The notes under the pieces: generated by a model
Databases searched by the model: none
Told to the model about the DNA's origin: nothing
Seen by the model: the letters and a program-made list of their open reading frames with translations, nothing else
Assembly: GCA_963821525.1 (NCBI GenBank)
Contig: CAWGED010000005.1
Span: 224,001 to 288,000, forward strand
DNA length: 64,000 bases
Source: an uncultured Gemmatimonadales bacterium
GTDB taxonomy: Bacteria > Gemmatimonadota > Gemmatimonadetes > Gemmatimonadales > GWC2-71-9
Direction of reading: 5' to 3'
Program-made: the position numbers and the translations under genes
Shown here: positions 1 to 10,835 of the stretch, piece by piece
Position numbering within the stretch: position 1 is the stretch's first letter
How the letters are laid out: the number at the start of each line of letters is the position of its first letter

Positions 1-509
1 CCGGAGCCTTGTACCAGCGCGAGATCGACTCCGCGCTCGGTGGCAATTTTTCTCGCGAGAGGGGACGCCTTGATCCGCTCTGAGGGGCGGGGAGCCGGAG
101 CCGTCTGTGGCGCTGGAGAAGGAGCAGGCGCAGCCGGAGCGGCCACCTGGGCAGCCGGTGCCGGCGCTGCAGCTGGAGCAGGGGCCGGCGAGGGAGCTGG
201 AGCGGGTGCCGGTTTCGCCGCCGGAGCCGCAGCCTTGGCACCCGCCGGCTTCTCGACCGCGACCTCTTCTCCCGGCTGACCGATGACCGCCACAACCTCC
301 GCGACCGGCACTGTGGTGCCTGCGGTGACGAACTGCTTGAGCAGCGTCCCGCCCGCGCGGGCGACCAGATCCATCACGGCCTTATCGGTCTCCACCTCGG
401 CCAGGACGTCGCCGGCGGACACCGTATCGCCCTCTTTCTTTTTCCACTCCACCAGGCGGCCTTCCTCCATGGTTGGAGAGAGGGCCTCCATCAGTACTTT
501 CGTGGCCAT
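1..509 (-). CDS. pdhC: Pyruvate dehydrogenase E2 (dihydrolipoamide acetyltransferase), N-terminal part; runs off the window
   Basis: Read manually from ATG 509: MATKVLMEALSPTMEEGRLVEWKKKEGD...EVETDKA (lipoyl-Lys motif), then an Ala/Pro-rich linker; follows pdhB. Confidence 0.93.
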   Translation of the reverse strand, partial: MATKVLMEALSPTMEEGRLVEWKKKEGDTVSAGDVLAEVETDKAVMDLVARAGGTLLKQFVTAGTTVPVAEVVAVIGQPGEEVAVEKPAGAKAAAPAAKPAPAPAPSPAPAPAAAPAPAAQVAAPAAPAPSPAPQTAPAPRPSERIKASPLARKIATERGVDLALVQGS

Positions 510-556
510 GCAGGTCCGAATTACCGTAACCGAGATGCTCAGTCTTACGGCCTGGC

Positions 557-1540
557 TTATGGCCCTGTATATGTCACCTTCCGCACCGCCGCCACCACCT
601 TATCCGCATCCACTTTGGCCGCCTTCTCCAGCCGCTTGTTGTACGGCATGGGAACATCGGCGCCGGTGACTCGCAGTACCGGGGCATCCAACTCGTCGAA
701 TACCTCGCGCTGGATCTCGTCCACTACCTGCGCCCCGACGCCGGCGAAGGGCCACCCTTCCTCGACTACGACGCAGCGGTGGGTCTTTCCGACCGACTCG
801 AAGATGGCCGCCGTATCCAGCGGTCTGATGGTGCGAAGGTCGATGACTTCGGCCGAGATTCCGTCCGCTTCGAGCTGCTGCGCTGCCTTGAGTGCGATGG
901 CGACCGTCTTCGCGTGGCAGACGAGCGTCACGTGCTCGCCGGGACGTTTGATGTCCGCGACCCCGATCGGAAGCGTGTACTCTCCTTCTGGCACTTCACC
1001 CTTCACGTTGTAGAGCATCTCGCCTTCCATGAACACGATCGGGTCGTCATCCCGGATCGCGCTCTTGAGCAGGCCCTTTGCGTCGGCCGGTGTCGCCGGC
1101 ATCACGACCTTCAAGCCGGGGATATTGGCGTACATGCTCTCGAACGACTGCGAGTGTTGCGAGGCGAGCTGCAGTGCGGCGCCTGACGGGCCGCGGAAGA
1201 CGATCGGAACTCCGACCTGCCCGCCGGACATGTAGCGCATCTTGGCCGCGGAATTCACCAGCTGGTCGATTGCGAGCAACGCGAAGTTCCAGGTCATGAA
1301 CTCGATGATCGGTCGCAGGCCAACCATCGCCGCCCCGACCCCGACTCCGGCGAATCCCAGCTCGGTGATCGGCGTATCCACGACCCGGTTGGGGCCGAAC
1401 TCCTCCAGCAGGCCGCGGCTCACCTTGTAAGCGCCCTGGTAGACCCCGACCTCCTCGCCCATGAGGAAGACATCGGGATCCCGTTGCATCTCCTCGCGGA
1501 GAGCCTGGTTGAGGGCGTCCCTGTATGTCAGTGTCGGCAT
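557..1540 (-). CDS. pdhB: Pyruvate dehydrogenase E1 beta subunit
   Basis: [18 protein letters not shown]...[14 protein letters not shown]...[12 protein letters not shown]-track start trimmed to ATG 1540. Confidence 0.95.
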   Translation of the reverse strand: MPTLTYRDALNQALREEMQRDPDVFLMGEEVGVYQGAYKVSRGLLEEFGPNRVVDTPITELGFAGVGVGAAMVGLRPIIEFMTWNFALLAIDQLVNSAAKMRYMSGGQVGVPIVFRGPSGAALQLASQHSQSFESMYANIPGLKVVMPATPADAKGLLKSAIRDDDPIVFMEGEMLYNVKGEVPEGEYTLPIGVADIKRPGEHVTLVCHAKTVAIALKAAQQLEADGISAEVIDLRTIRPLDTAAIFESVGKTHRCVVVEEGWPFAGVGAQVVDEIQREVFDELDAPVLRVTGADVPMPYNKRLEKAAKVDADKVVAAVRKVTYTGP

Positions 1541-1555
1541 GGTCTCGATTTCGCA

Positions 1556-1631
1556 GGTAGTGGGTTGTAGGTGGTAGGGAGTAGGTGCGGCATCCCCACT
1601 CCCTACTCCCCACTCCCTACTCCCTACTCCC
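1556..1631. repeat. Inverted pair of 7-nt tandem arrays (GGAGTAG-like / CTCCCTA)
   Basis: ggtagggagtagg...ccccactccctactccccactccctactccctactccc between pdhA and pdhB; contains the pdhA stop. Confidence 0.8.
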
Positions 1632-2640
1632 TGTTTTAACCGGCGCATACACATCCGTATACAACTCCTCCGGCTCCGGATCCTCCGCCGCATCCGCGAA
1701 GTCATAGGCATCCTGTACCTCTGCCACGACTTCCTTGTCCATCGCGGCGATCTGCTCGTCGGTGATGATGCCGTCGGCCTTGAGCTTCTCCTGCCAGAGC
1801 AGGATCGGATCCCGCTTGCGGTGCGCCTCCACCTCTTCCTTGGTCCGGTAGTGCCCGTGGATCGGGTCGGACATCGAGTGCCCGACAAATCGGTAGGTCC
1901 TGATCTCGAGAAGCGTCGGTGCTGCAGGTCGGCGGGCCCGGACCACTGCGCGGTCCATTGCGGCCATCACTTCCAGCAGATCCTGCCCGTCCACCACCTC
2001 TCGTGACATGTCGTACGAAGCGGCGCGCTCGGAGATGTTCCAGGTGGCGGTCGCCCGGTCGAGCGCGGTGCCCATCCCGTAGCCGGTTGTTCTCGCAGAT
2101 GAAGATGCAGGGCAGCTTCCAGATCCCCGCCATGTTCAGCGCCTCATGGAAGGCGCCGTTGTTGATCGCCGCCTCTCCGAAGAAACAGACCGCGACCTGA
2201 TCTTTCTCGCGGTACTTGATGGCGAAGCCGATTCCCGCGGCGAGCGGAATATGCCCGCCGACGATTCCGTGTCCTCCAAGGAAGCCGAGAGAGGCGTCGA
2301 ACAGGTGCATCGACCCGCCCTTGCCCTTCGAACACCCCGCCGCCTTGCCGAATAACTCGGCCATCACCGCGCGGGAGGATATCCCCCGCACCAGGGCCTG
2401 ACCGTGGTCGCGATAGGTGGTGACGATGTAGTCGTCGGGTCGCAGCTGAGACAGGCAGCCGACTCCCACCGCTTCCTGGCCGATGTAGAGGTGACAGAAC
2501 CCGCCGATCTTCCCCAGGCTGTACGCCTCGCCGGCCTTCTCCTCGAAGCGCCTGATGAGCAGCATCTGGCGGAGATACAGCCGGTACTTCTCGGCGAGCT
2601 TGGTGTCGGGCTTGCGCGAGGCCTTGGTGGAAGCGGTCAT
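1617..2640 (-). CDS. pdhA: Pyruvate dehydrogenase E1 alpha subunit, frameshifted near 2080
   Basis: [33 protein letters not shown] (ThDP-binding region) in ORF 1702-2640; [12 protein letters not shown] in ORF 1617-2075. Confidence 0.93.
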
Positions 2641-3599
2641 GGTGTCAGAGCGGCCGAGCTAGCCGCCGAGCCGTCCTGTCGCCGAGCCGCCGCATCTGCC
2701 TGCTCCCAGGCGTGGTAGGACGACCGAGTCAGCGGGCTCGACTGAACGTGGGTGAATCCCAGATCCATTCCGATGTCTCGCAGCTCGTCGAATTCGGCCG
2801 GCGTGTAGTAACGGGCGATCGGCAGGTGAGCGGCGGAAGGCCGGAGATACTGGCCCAGCGTGAGAATATTCACGTCCTTGCGTCGCAGGTCCCGCATGCA
2901 GGTCACGATCTCGTCCCACTCCTCACCCATGCCGAGGATTACTCCCGACTTGGTCAGTCCTTCCGGGGCCATGCGGCGAGCCGCACCGAGAAGGTTCAGG
3001 GCGCGGTCGTAGCGTCCGCCCGGACGGGCCAGGCGGTACAGCCGCTCGCAGGTTTCCAGGTTGTGATTGAAGATGTCAGGCTTGGCCTCGAGCACGATGG
3101 CCAGCGCCGTCTCCGAACCCTTGAAATCCGGCGTCAGCACCTCGACCGTGGTTTCCGGCAAGCGCTGGTGGATTTCCGAGATGCACGCCGCAAATGCCTC
3201 GGCGCCACCGTTGGGGAGGTCGTCCCGGTCTACCGATGTGATGACCACGTGGCGCAGGCCCATCTCCGCCACGGCCTCAGCCAGTCGCACCGGCTCGAGC
3301 GGGTCGTAGGGTGCCGGAGTACCGTGCGAAACCGCGCAGTACGCGCAGTTCCTGGTGCACACGTCGCCCAGGATCATGAAGGTGGCGGCTTTGTGCTCCC
3401 AGCACTCGCCGATGTTGGGACAGCGAGCCTCTTCGCAGACCGTGTGAAGCCCGAGGTCTCGCATCAATTGCTGGATTTGCAGGTAGGTTGGTCCGCCCGG
3501 AGCCTTCACCTTGAGCCAAGCGGGCTTCCGGGGCGGTGGATTGGCAGGGACTGAGGTCAGCTCGTTGCTGCGAGTGAGCTGGACCAGCGGGAGAACCAT
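2637..3599 (-). CDS. lipA: Lipoyl synthase
   Basis: [21 protein letters not shown] radical-SAM motif, C-terminal RSSYHA. Confidence 0.96.
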   Translation of the reverse strand: MVLPLVQLTRSNELTSVPANPPPRKPAWLKVKAPGGPTYLQIQQLMRDLGLHTVCEEARCPNIGECWEHKAATFMILGDVCTRNCAYCAVSHGTPAPYDPLEPVRLAEAVAEMGLRHVVITSVDRDDLPNGGAEAFAACISEIHQRLPETTVEVLTPDFKGSETALAIVLEAKPDIFNHNLETCERLYRLARPGGRYDRALNLLGAARRMAPEGLTKSGVILGMGEEWDEIVTCMRDLRRKDVNILTLGQYLRPSAAHLPIARYYTPAEFDELRDIGMDLGFTHVQSSPLTRSSYHAWEQADAAARRQDGSAASSAALTP

Positions 3600-3719
3600 A
3601 TGGTCTCCAGACCTCTAAACGAGGAGAGCCGGAATACTTACCGGGGATGCAAGCTAGTGCGACCGGTCGGAGGGGGCCATGGGCAAAAGGGGCATTTTCA
3701 ACCGAATGGATGAAATTAT

Positions 3720-4175
3720 CTACATCCCGGCAGGGGCCTCCTTACAGCGGTCCATAAGAGTGGCAGCATCCGTCCTTACCGTCGACGTGGCGTGAGCCTC
3801 GACCGTGGTAATACCGCGTTCGGTCTGGTACTCGTCAAACGTGCTCGCCTTGACAGTGAGATCGGAGCCAAGCGTGGTACCGGTCGCAGCCTGGAGCTCG
3901 ATTTGATCGTAATGGCGGCGGAATTTCACGTTCGACTCCCGGTAGGTGCTGTCGTTCTTCTGCCCCATGACCCGACGCGCATCGTCATCGTGGACAATCT
4001 GCTTGTACCCCATCGATTTGAGCTGTTGCTGGGCACAGGTGTACGCGTCGTCTCTCGCCAGACTGGAAGACGCGGCGCCGGTGCTGTACAGGGTTCCGCC
4101 GCCGCATGCGGCGAGAACAAGAGCGATACTCAGACTGGAGGTGATCCCGACTCCGACTCGCAGGGACATTTTCAC
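3720..4175 (-). CDS. Hypothetical lipoprotein
   Basis: Signal peptide with LAAC lipobox. Confidence 0.65.
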   Translation of the reverse strand: MKMSLRVGVGITSSLSIALVLAACGGGTLYSTGAASSSLARDDAYTCAQQQLKSMGYKQIVHDDDARRVMGQKNDSTYRESNVKFRRHYDQIELQAATGTTLGSDLTVKASTFDEYQTERGITTVEAHATSTVRTDAATLMDRCKEAPAGM

Positions 4176-4256
4176 AACGCTCCGACGTGGAATTGAAGAG
4201 GATGGTGTGGCGGAATAGTAATCGGTTGCGCCTCAGGACAGAGAGGGCAGGAAAAC

Positions 4257-4285
4257 CAACGGCCCCCCATGACGGGGGGCCGTTG
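4257..4285 (-). terminator. Intrinsic terminator-like hairpin after the porin gene
   Basis: CAACGGCCCCCC-ATGAC-GGGGGGCCGTTG, 12-bp stem, short T run on the minus strand. Confidence 0.75.
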
Positions 4286-4320
4286 TTAGCACCGAATGAA
4301 CCGCTGAAGCGCTGCCGGGC

Positions 4321-5500
4321 CTAGTAGAACAGCATGAAACCAAACGCGCCGGTGAAGGCCTTGTTTTGCTCTACGTTGTTCTCGGTGTCGTCGGATATCA
4401 TGTAGTTGCCTTCAACGACGATCTTCAGAGACTTGGTAGCCTGGTGGTAAAGGCCGCCGGAGATCAGGCTGTTGCTGGTCTTGAAGTCGGGCTCGCCGTC
4501 GGTGCTCTGGAGCATGCTGGTGCCGTAGCTGGCCGCCAGGGTGTTCTTCTCGCCCAAGCCGATCGTCGCCTGAGCAAAGCCGCCGTAGGAGTCGCGCAGC
4601 TCGCCATCGGCTCCGACGCCCAATCCGCCCAGGGCCGGGCCAACGCCAGAGAAATAAGGGTGGTGCCGATGCCCTTGCCCCAGTAGCCGGTTCCGGTGAG
4701 CGAGAACTTGCCGTTCTCCGTCTTGAAGGTGAGGCCGCCGCCTACGCCCGTGGCAGTCTTGGACTGATCAGCCACCGGGTCCTTGGCGTTCTGGGCCGTT
4801 CCGTTGATGAACAGGTTGATGTTCTTGCCCTTCCACGTGAACTCGCCTTCCAGCCGCGGGAGATCGGTCTGGGTGTAGTTGCCGTCGAGCGCGGAAGGAT
4901 CCATCAGGCCGATGCTCAACTGGGTGGGTCTGCCACTCTTCGTCGAGTAGGTGATCTGGCCCACGAAGTTGGCATAGGGATACCCATAGCCGATACGGCC
5001 CAGCGTGGTGCCGCTCGGGGCGATGCCACCGCCACCGACGCCGAACAGGGTCTGGTCCGCCAGGATGTTCCCGCGGGCGAACAGGCCCAGTTCCTTACCG
5101 GCCAGGATCTGGCCCCAGCCCCCGCCGACGGTCAGGAACACCTGACGCATATCGATCTGGGCGCCGAAGCAGTCGTGGATGCCGCCACCGCACTGCACTT
5201 CGGGCGCGAAGCCGAAGTGGACGCCGAGGTCAGTATTGCCCTCTTTGCCCTTGGCTTCAAACGTCGCGAACGCAGGCAGCAGGCCGGTGCCGTAGTAGAA
5301 GCCCTGGCCTCCCACGCCGGTCAGGGTTCCCGGGGAATCGGTTGTGCCGCCATCTTCTGGCTCTGGTACTGCGCGAAGATGTTGACGTTCCCCGCGAACG
5401 AGAACGTCCAGCCGTTACTCATCTGCATGGTCAGCTGCGCGTTGGCGGTACTCGCCGCGGCTAGCAGCAGACCGCCCAACAACAGTGCGGAACGCTTCAT
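4321..5500 (-). CDS. Outer-membrane porin (two frameshifts, near 5318 and 4630)
   Basis: Signal peptide MKRSALLLGG..ANA; alternating beta-strand patterns across ORFs 5321-5578, 4464-5315 and 4321-4623; aromatic C-terminus GFMLFY. Confidence 0.75.
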
Positions 5501-5597
5501 CGGTGCCTTCTCCTGACTAGAAGAGGAATTGGAACTACCCGCTTCATCAACAAGTGCCTGCACCAACTGACGTCTCAAACAAAGTCAGCGATAGATC

Positions 5598-5960
5598 TCA
5601 CTCCTTCTGTTGCATCTGCCGTTTGAGATCGTTGTTCACCTCCCAGAAAGCGTACCAGAGCGCGTTTGGACGATGGTTCTCCCACCAGAAATAATCGTCG
5701 AGCCGGGCCCCATAAACATTGGCCGCATAGCGAAATACCAGCCCATTCACCCGCAGGCTGTCCATTACCCGCCACAACCCGGCCGAATCCCGAACGCCAG
5801 AGGCAAGCGCCTGACTCAGCGCGCTGCCTGCGAGAAAGCCCGAAAGGAAGGTGTTGCGTGCGTCCGGACTGAGTTTCGCCCAATCCTGGCCGCTGATCGA
5901 AAACCAGTTAGGGTCCCGTATCTCACGAATCGGAAAAAAGATACAAAGACCCGCCAGCAA
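5598..5960 (-). CDS. Hypothetical protein, probably exported
   Basis: ORF co-oriented with neighbours; hydrophobic N-terminus; start uncertain. Confidence 0.5.
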   Translation of the reverse strand: MLAGLCIFFPIREIRDPNWFSISGQDWAKLSPDARNTFLSGFLAGSALSQALASGVRDSAGLWRVMDSLRVNGLVFRYAANVYGARLDDYFWWENHRPNALWYAFWEVNNDLKRQMQQKE

Positions 5961-6054
5961 CGCAACCCGGGGCCATTGAATTCCTAGGCATCTTAGTCGG
6001 ATATGAGCGTCCTGTTGGGTTCAATCCACAACCTCGGAATTCACCGGCTCCCCC

Positions 6055-6636
6055 TTAGTTGCTGGTTGAAGCCTCCACGGAGGGGGCCGAAACCTGGGAA
6101 CTCACCACGAAACGGATCCACATTCCTGAATGCCCGTGCCCCGGCACTCCGCAAATTATCCGGTACTCCGCAGCGGGTTCGGCCTTGAAGCGCATGGTGT
6201 CCTTCTGCCCCTGGGCGAGTCCCTGCGTGGCTTCCCGAGTGTAAGCTCTAGGGATCGCCGCTTCTTCCGCCATGTTCGGTATCGGCCCCTCGGCGGGAAT
6301 CATCACGGCACTGTGCGGGGTGCCATCATCATTCACGAAGGGCATCACGACGGTGGATCCGGCCGGTACTGTGAGAGTGAGTTCTCCGTTGGTAAAGCCG
6401 TTGAAGTTGAACGGACTCTTGGCTCCCCCGGTGAGCCCCGCAATCAACTTGAAGGAGACCGTCTTGGATGCTGAATCATAGCTGAGCCAGGTTGAATCAA
6501 TTGGAAAATGACCGGCGTGTTGCGCTTCGGTGGTCTGCGTCGCCGCCGTGCGGGCAGCGACCAGAGCCGCAAGAACTAGCAGAACCTGCCGGGACTCTCG
6601 CCAAATCATGCCGACTCCTGAAAAAGAAGTAACCAC
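6055..6636 (-). CDS. Sulfocyanin/rusticyanin-like blue copper protein (periplasmic cupredoxin)
   Basis: Signal peptide; FNFNG..G..LTVPAG; upstream His (TPHS); CGVPGHGHSGM type-1 Cu motif. Confidence 0.85.
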   Translation of the reverse strand: MVTSFSGVGMIWRESRQVLLVLAALVAARTAATQTTEAQHAGHFPIDSTWLSYDSASKTVSFKLIAGLTGGAKSPFNFNGFTNGELTLTVPAGSTVVMPFVNDDGTPHSAVMIPAEGPIPNMAEEAAIPRAYTREATQGLAQGQKDTMRFKAEPAAEYRIICGVPGHGHSGMWIRFVVSSQVSAPSVEASTSN

Positions 6637-6643
6637 TCAAAGT

Positions 6644-6676
6644 GAAGCGGGCCAGCCGGCATGGCTGGCCCGCTTC
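6644..6676. terminator. 14-bp stem hairpin between the PQQ enzyme and cupredoxin genes
   Basis: GAAGCGGGCCAGCC-GGCAT-GGCTGGCCCGCTTC; no clear U-tract, may be a stabiliser or attenuator. Confidence 0.55.
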
Positions 6677-6727
6677 TCAAGATAGAACCGGCAAGGGCCT
6701 ATGAGGAAGCCTCGCCGATCGCCCCGG

Positions 6728-8396
6728 TCATGCGGGGGGCGTATACGCCTTCGGCAGGCCGAAGATGTACACGCTGTTGCCCAGCGGGTAGCTCAGCTGG
6801 AAGTTGCCACCGCAGGCCACCGCGATGAACTGCTCGTTCTTGAACTGTGTAGGTCATCGGAGCGGAGTTGCATCCGGCGCCCGCCTGGAACTGCCAGAGC
6901 AGCTTCCCGGTGCGGGAATCGTAGGCGTTGAAATTCCCGTTGCCTTCTCCGGTGAAGACGAGCCCGCCGGCCGTCGCCAGGGCCCCGCCCATCATCGGCT
7001 GCGGCACCTTCACCTGCCACGCCTTCTTGCCGGTGCCGAGGTTGAGCGCCGTGAACGAGCCCGTACTGCTCCTCACCCGGCGATCGCGACGAAGGCCGAA
7101 CCGAGCCACAGTTTTCCCTTGTCCCACGGCGGCGTTGTGGGTGATGTAGTTCATCGGCTGATGGAGGCCTGCTACGAAGGCGTAGTTGAGCTTGGGATCC
7201 ACCGCGATCGGCGACCACTCTGCACCGCCGTTGGCGCCGGGAAGCATCCGGGTACCCGAAGCGGTGGGCTGGGCGAACATGTTTTCCTGCGGGGTGAAGT
7301 TCTCAGTCTTGCGCACCAGCGTGCCGGTTGCGGCGTCCAGCACGTAGACCCAGGCGGTCTTGCCGGCATGGACCACGACCTTCTTGCCGCCCAGCGTGGT
7401 GACGACCGGCGGGGACACGGCGTCGAGGTCCCACACGTCGTGCGGAACCGTCTGGTAGTACCACTTGGTCTTGCCGGTTGTCGCCTCGATGGCGACGACG
7501 CAGTCGGTGTACAGGTTATCGCCCGGGCGCACGCTGCCGTCGAGGTCGGGCGAGGGGTTACCAACCGCCACGTAGATGAGACCGAGGCTCTGGTCGTAGG
7601 CCGGAGTCATCCAGACGCCGCCGCCGCCGCGGGTCCACGCGTCCGCGTACTTGGCGCTGTCCGACTTCTCGGCGCCGGTGTTGCGGTTCAGGTTGTTGCC
7701 TTCGGGGGTCGCGTCAACCCAGTTGCCGTACCAGCCATTGGGAGCCGCCTCATCGAAGGTGGGATCGCCCTTGGGAGCGGGAATCGAATACCAGCGCCAG
7801 ACCTGCTTGCCGGTCACCGCATCGTAGGCGGTCACGTGGCCCCGGATGCCGTATTCACCGCCCGAGACACCGACGATCACGTTGTTGCCGATGACAAGCG
7901 GCGCGTGGGTGATGCTGTAGCCGAAGGCCGGATCGGCCACCTCGTTGTCCCAGACAACGTCACCGGTCATCCGGTCGAAGGCGATGAGGTGGGCATCGAG
8001 GGTGCCCATGTAGACGTGCGGGCCATGCACGCCCACGCCGCGGTTGTTGGGGCCGCAGCAGAAGATCGTAGTGCCGAGCTTGTGCTCGTAACGCCAGACC
8101 TGTTTCCCGGTGTCGAGGTTGTACGCGATCAGGGTGTTGTACGGGGTGGTCACGTACATCATGTTCTCAACCACGATCGGCGTATTCTCGAACGAGCCGA
8201 GCTTGCTGATCCCGGTCTGGAAGACCACCCGAGGCACCAGCGACTTCACGTTTGTGGTATTGATCGCCGTAAGCGTGGAGTAGCGCTGGTTCCAGTCATT
8301 CCCGCCATACGTCATCCACTTGGTCTGGGCGGAGAGGTTGCTGGCAGCCGCTGCGCAAACGAGCATGGCCAGACCCCAACGAGAAGCACTGCGCAT
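6728..8396 (-). CDS. PQQ-dependent dehydrogenase, methanol/ethanol family (indels near the C-terminus)
   Basis: Signal peptide; WMTYGG..QRYS; vicinal CCGPNNRG; SGGEYGIRG; GNPSP; HDVWDLD; Trp-docking propeller repeats; corrected C-terminus ends ...VYIFGLPKAYTPPA* at 6728. Confidence 0.9.
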
Positions 8397-8584
8397 GGGA
8401 GAAGGTCTCCTGGGTATAGGGAACTGAGGAAACGACCATCGTGCCGCCACGACACAGCCAGACGCGGGCGGAAGCGCCATTGATACGCAGGCTTTAAGAG
8501 GCTCGGGAAGATGCCACCGCCCACGGCCGTGGGACGGCGGCGCTTTTGGAAATAGGGCTTGCGACCGGAACCGTCAAGTGGCCT

Positions 8585-8725
8585 TTAGTGGAATAGGAGC
8601 ACTGCCTTCTGGAAGGTCATGAAGACCCCCCATCCCAGCGGAATCCCCACCGCGATCCAGGCCAGTGCGACCAGCCCCCAGTTCCCCGGTTCGGGCTGGC
8701 TGCCGGTCGGCTCGTTGGGTTGCAT
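8585..8725 (-). CDS. 46-aa membrane peptide, putative small partner of the MFS transporter
   Basis: Read manually: MQPNEPTGSQPEPGNWGLVALAWIAVGIPLGWGVFMTFQKAVLLFH*; AGGAGG RBS upstream; below ORF-track cutoff. Confidence 0.75.
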   Translation of the reverse strand: MQPNEPTGSQPEPGNWGLVALAWIAVGIPLGWGVFMTFQKAVLLFH

Positions 8726-8767
8726 GTGCGTCCCTCCTAGAGGTACCGCTTCTCCGGAACCGTCTCG

Positions 8768-10145
8768 TCAGTGGCCCCGCAGGCGCTCCCGGGCCAGCTC
8801 CTCGTCGGACATGAAGTAGCGATCGGGAAGCGGCCGGACCAGCAGGTTGCAGATGAAACCGATCACCAGGAGCCCAGCCAGGACGTACATAGTCGTGTTA
8901 TACGCCTCCGCCACTGGTACCCCGCGGTCCACCTGATGTTGCCGGATCTCGTTCACCAGCAGCGGGCCCACGACACCGGCGGTCGACCAGGCCGTCAGCA
9001 ATCTTCCGTGAATGGCGCCCACAAACTGGGTCCCGAAGATGTCCGACAAATAGGCGGGGATGGTGGCGAAGCCGCCGCCATACATCGTGATGATCACGCA
9101 GAAGATCGCCACGAAGAGCGCGACGCTGCCGATCCGGCCCGCATGCGGGACCAGTGAGTAGAGCACGATCCCAAGGGCGAAGAAAATGAAGTAGGTCGGC
9201 TTGCGGCCGAGCTTATCAGAGAGCGACGCCCACCCGATCCGCCCCCCGATGTTGAACAGACTCAGGAGTCCCACGAAGCCCGCCGCGGCGGAGGCCGACA
9301 CTTTGTCCTTGAAGACCTCCTGGATCATGGGCGATGCCTGTTCCAGGACGCCGATACCGGCGCTCACGTTGGTGCACAGGACCAGCCAGAGCAGTATGAA
9401 GGGCACCGTCTTCCAGGCCACGTCCACGTGAACATGGCGACGAGTGACCATGCTGACATTAGTGGTAGCGGGCGTCCACCCCGCGGGTTTCCAGTCATTG
9501 GGCGGAATCCGATAACTGAACGCGCCGCACATCATCGTCACGAAGTCAGATGAGACCCATCGTGACGAAGGTCTCCCAAACACCGACCGAGGTCGGCGTG
9601 GCGTAGTGCTTCATCAGGATAACGGCCAGCGGCGCCCCGATCATGGCACCGCCTCCGAATCCCATGATCGCCATGCCGGTTGCCATGCCGCGGCGGTCCG
9701 GGAACCACTTGATGAGGGTGGAAACCGGTGAGATGTATCCCAGTCCGAGTCCGCACCCACCAATCACCCCGTTGCCGAGATACAGGAGCCAGAGCTGGTG
9801 GGTGCGAACGCCGATTGCGGAGATCAGGTACCCTCCACCCCAGCAGAAGGCGGCCGCGACACCCGCCCTGCGCGGGCCCACTCGCTCGAGCCAGCGTCCG
9901 AACACCGCCGCTGACAGACCCAGGAACACGATGAAAATCGTGAACACGAGGGCGATTTGCGTCTGCGTCCAGTCGCCTGGGCCGGACTCGGTGATGCCGA
10001 GGGCACGAGTGAGCGGAAGTTTGAAGACGCTGTAGGCGTAGGCTTGGCCGATCGAGAGATGGATGGCGAGCGCCGCCGGTGGGACCAGCCACCGATTGAA
10101 CCCTGGCTTCGCGACAATACGTTCCTTGTCGAGCAGGCCGGACAT
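8768..10145 (-). CDS. OFA (oxalate:formate antiporter)-family MFS transporter, frameshifted near 9550
   Basis: RWLVPPAALAIHLSIGQAYA; GYISPVSTLIKWFPDRRGMATG; YGGGFATIPAY. Confidence 0.88.
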
Positions 10146-10214
10146 CAGCGACTCCTGATGTGGGACGGGTACATCCGGGAGGAACCGGCATACATTACCG
10201 CGAGCCCGAGAAAA

Positions 10215-10761
10215 ATGCCAACCGACCCGAACCTTTCGATTCCCTCGCTCACGCGAGCCGGACTCACCAGCCTCATGCTCGTCCTGGCGGCGATGGGCAC
10301 TTTGTCCGCCCAGCAGACCGGCGCGCTTCCCCAGTGGATGACCGCAGATTCGGCGAGTCGAACGGTCTCTCTGGAGCTCAAGGTTGCATGGAGCTGCGGG
10401 TTCGCCAGCGACTATCTCGGGCTACCGCCAGGGGGGCGTGGAGGTCGTGGTTCCGGTCGGCTGGACGATTCGCTGGCGATGGATCAATGGGGACAGCACC
10501 GCGGCGCATAGCCTGGTGGTGATGGTGGAGCGGGAGAAACTGCCGGCTGAAGGCGGCAGCCCGGTGTTCGACAACGCGATGAGCCGGAATGTCGTCCGTG
10601 GTCTAGGCCCCGGGAAAACCGACGAGACCACATTCACTGCGGATCAGGCGGGGTGGTACTGGCTGCTCTGCGGCGTCCCGGGCCACGCGCTGGGCGGAGA
10701 ATGGATCGGTCTGAAGGTGGACGCTGAGGCCAAGGCTCCCGCTGCGACGTTCCGGCAGTGA
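10215..10761 (+). CDS. Second sulfocyanin-like cupredoxin, frameshifted near 10385
   Basis: Signal peptide from ATG 10215; VVVPVGWT..AAHS..CGVPGHALGGEW. Confidence 0.78.
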
Positions 10762-10769
10762 GGGGGCCG

Positions 10770-10820
10770 CGTAAGAAGTAAGAAGTTTTGCCTCTCACTT
10801 CTCACGTCTTACTTCTCACG
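10770..10820. repeat. Inverted 7-nt arrays (GTAAGAA / CTTCTCA)
   Basis: gtaagaagtaagaag...ctcacttctcacgtcttacttctcac between convergent genes. Confidence 0.7.
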
Positions 10821-10835
10821 CATTCACGGCGTCAC

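Noticed and set aside
40..279. Gly/Ala-rich plus-strand ORF
   Set aside because: Antisense of the Ala/Pro linker of pdhC.
1541..1888. N-terminal extensions in the ORF track for pdhB, TlpA, cydB and the DUF4153-like gene
   Set aside because: They run through upstream genes or repeat arrays; family-typical starts lie downstream.
6804..8483. Long antisense ORFs (e.g. 6804-8483 +, 29924-31258 +, 41307-42674 -, 59548-60825 -)
   Set aside because: Shadow frames of real GC-rich genes on the opposite strand, with no recognisable motifs.
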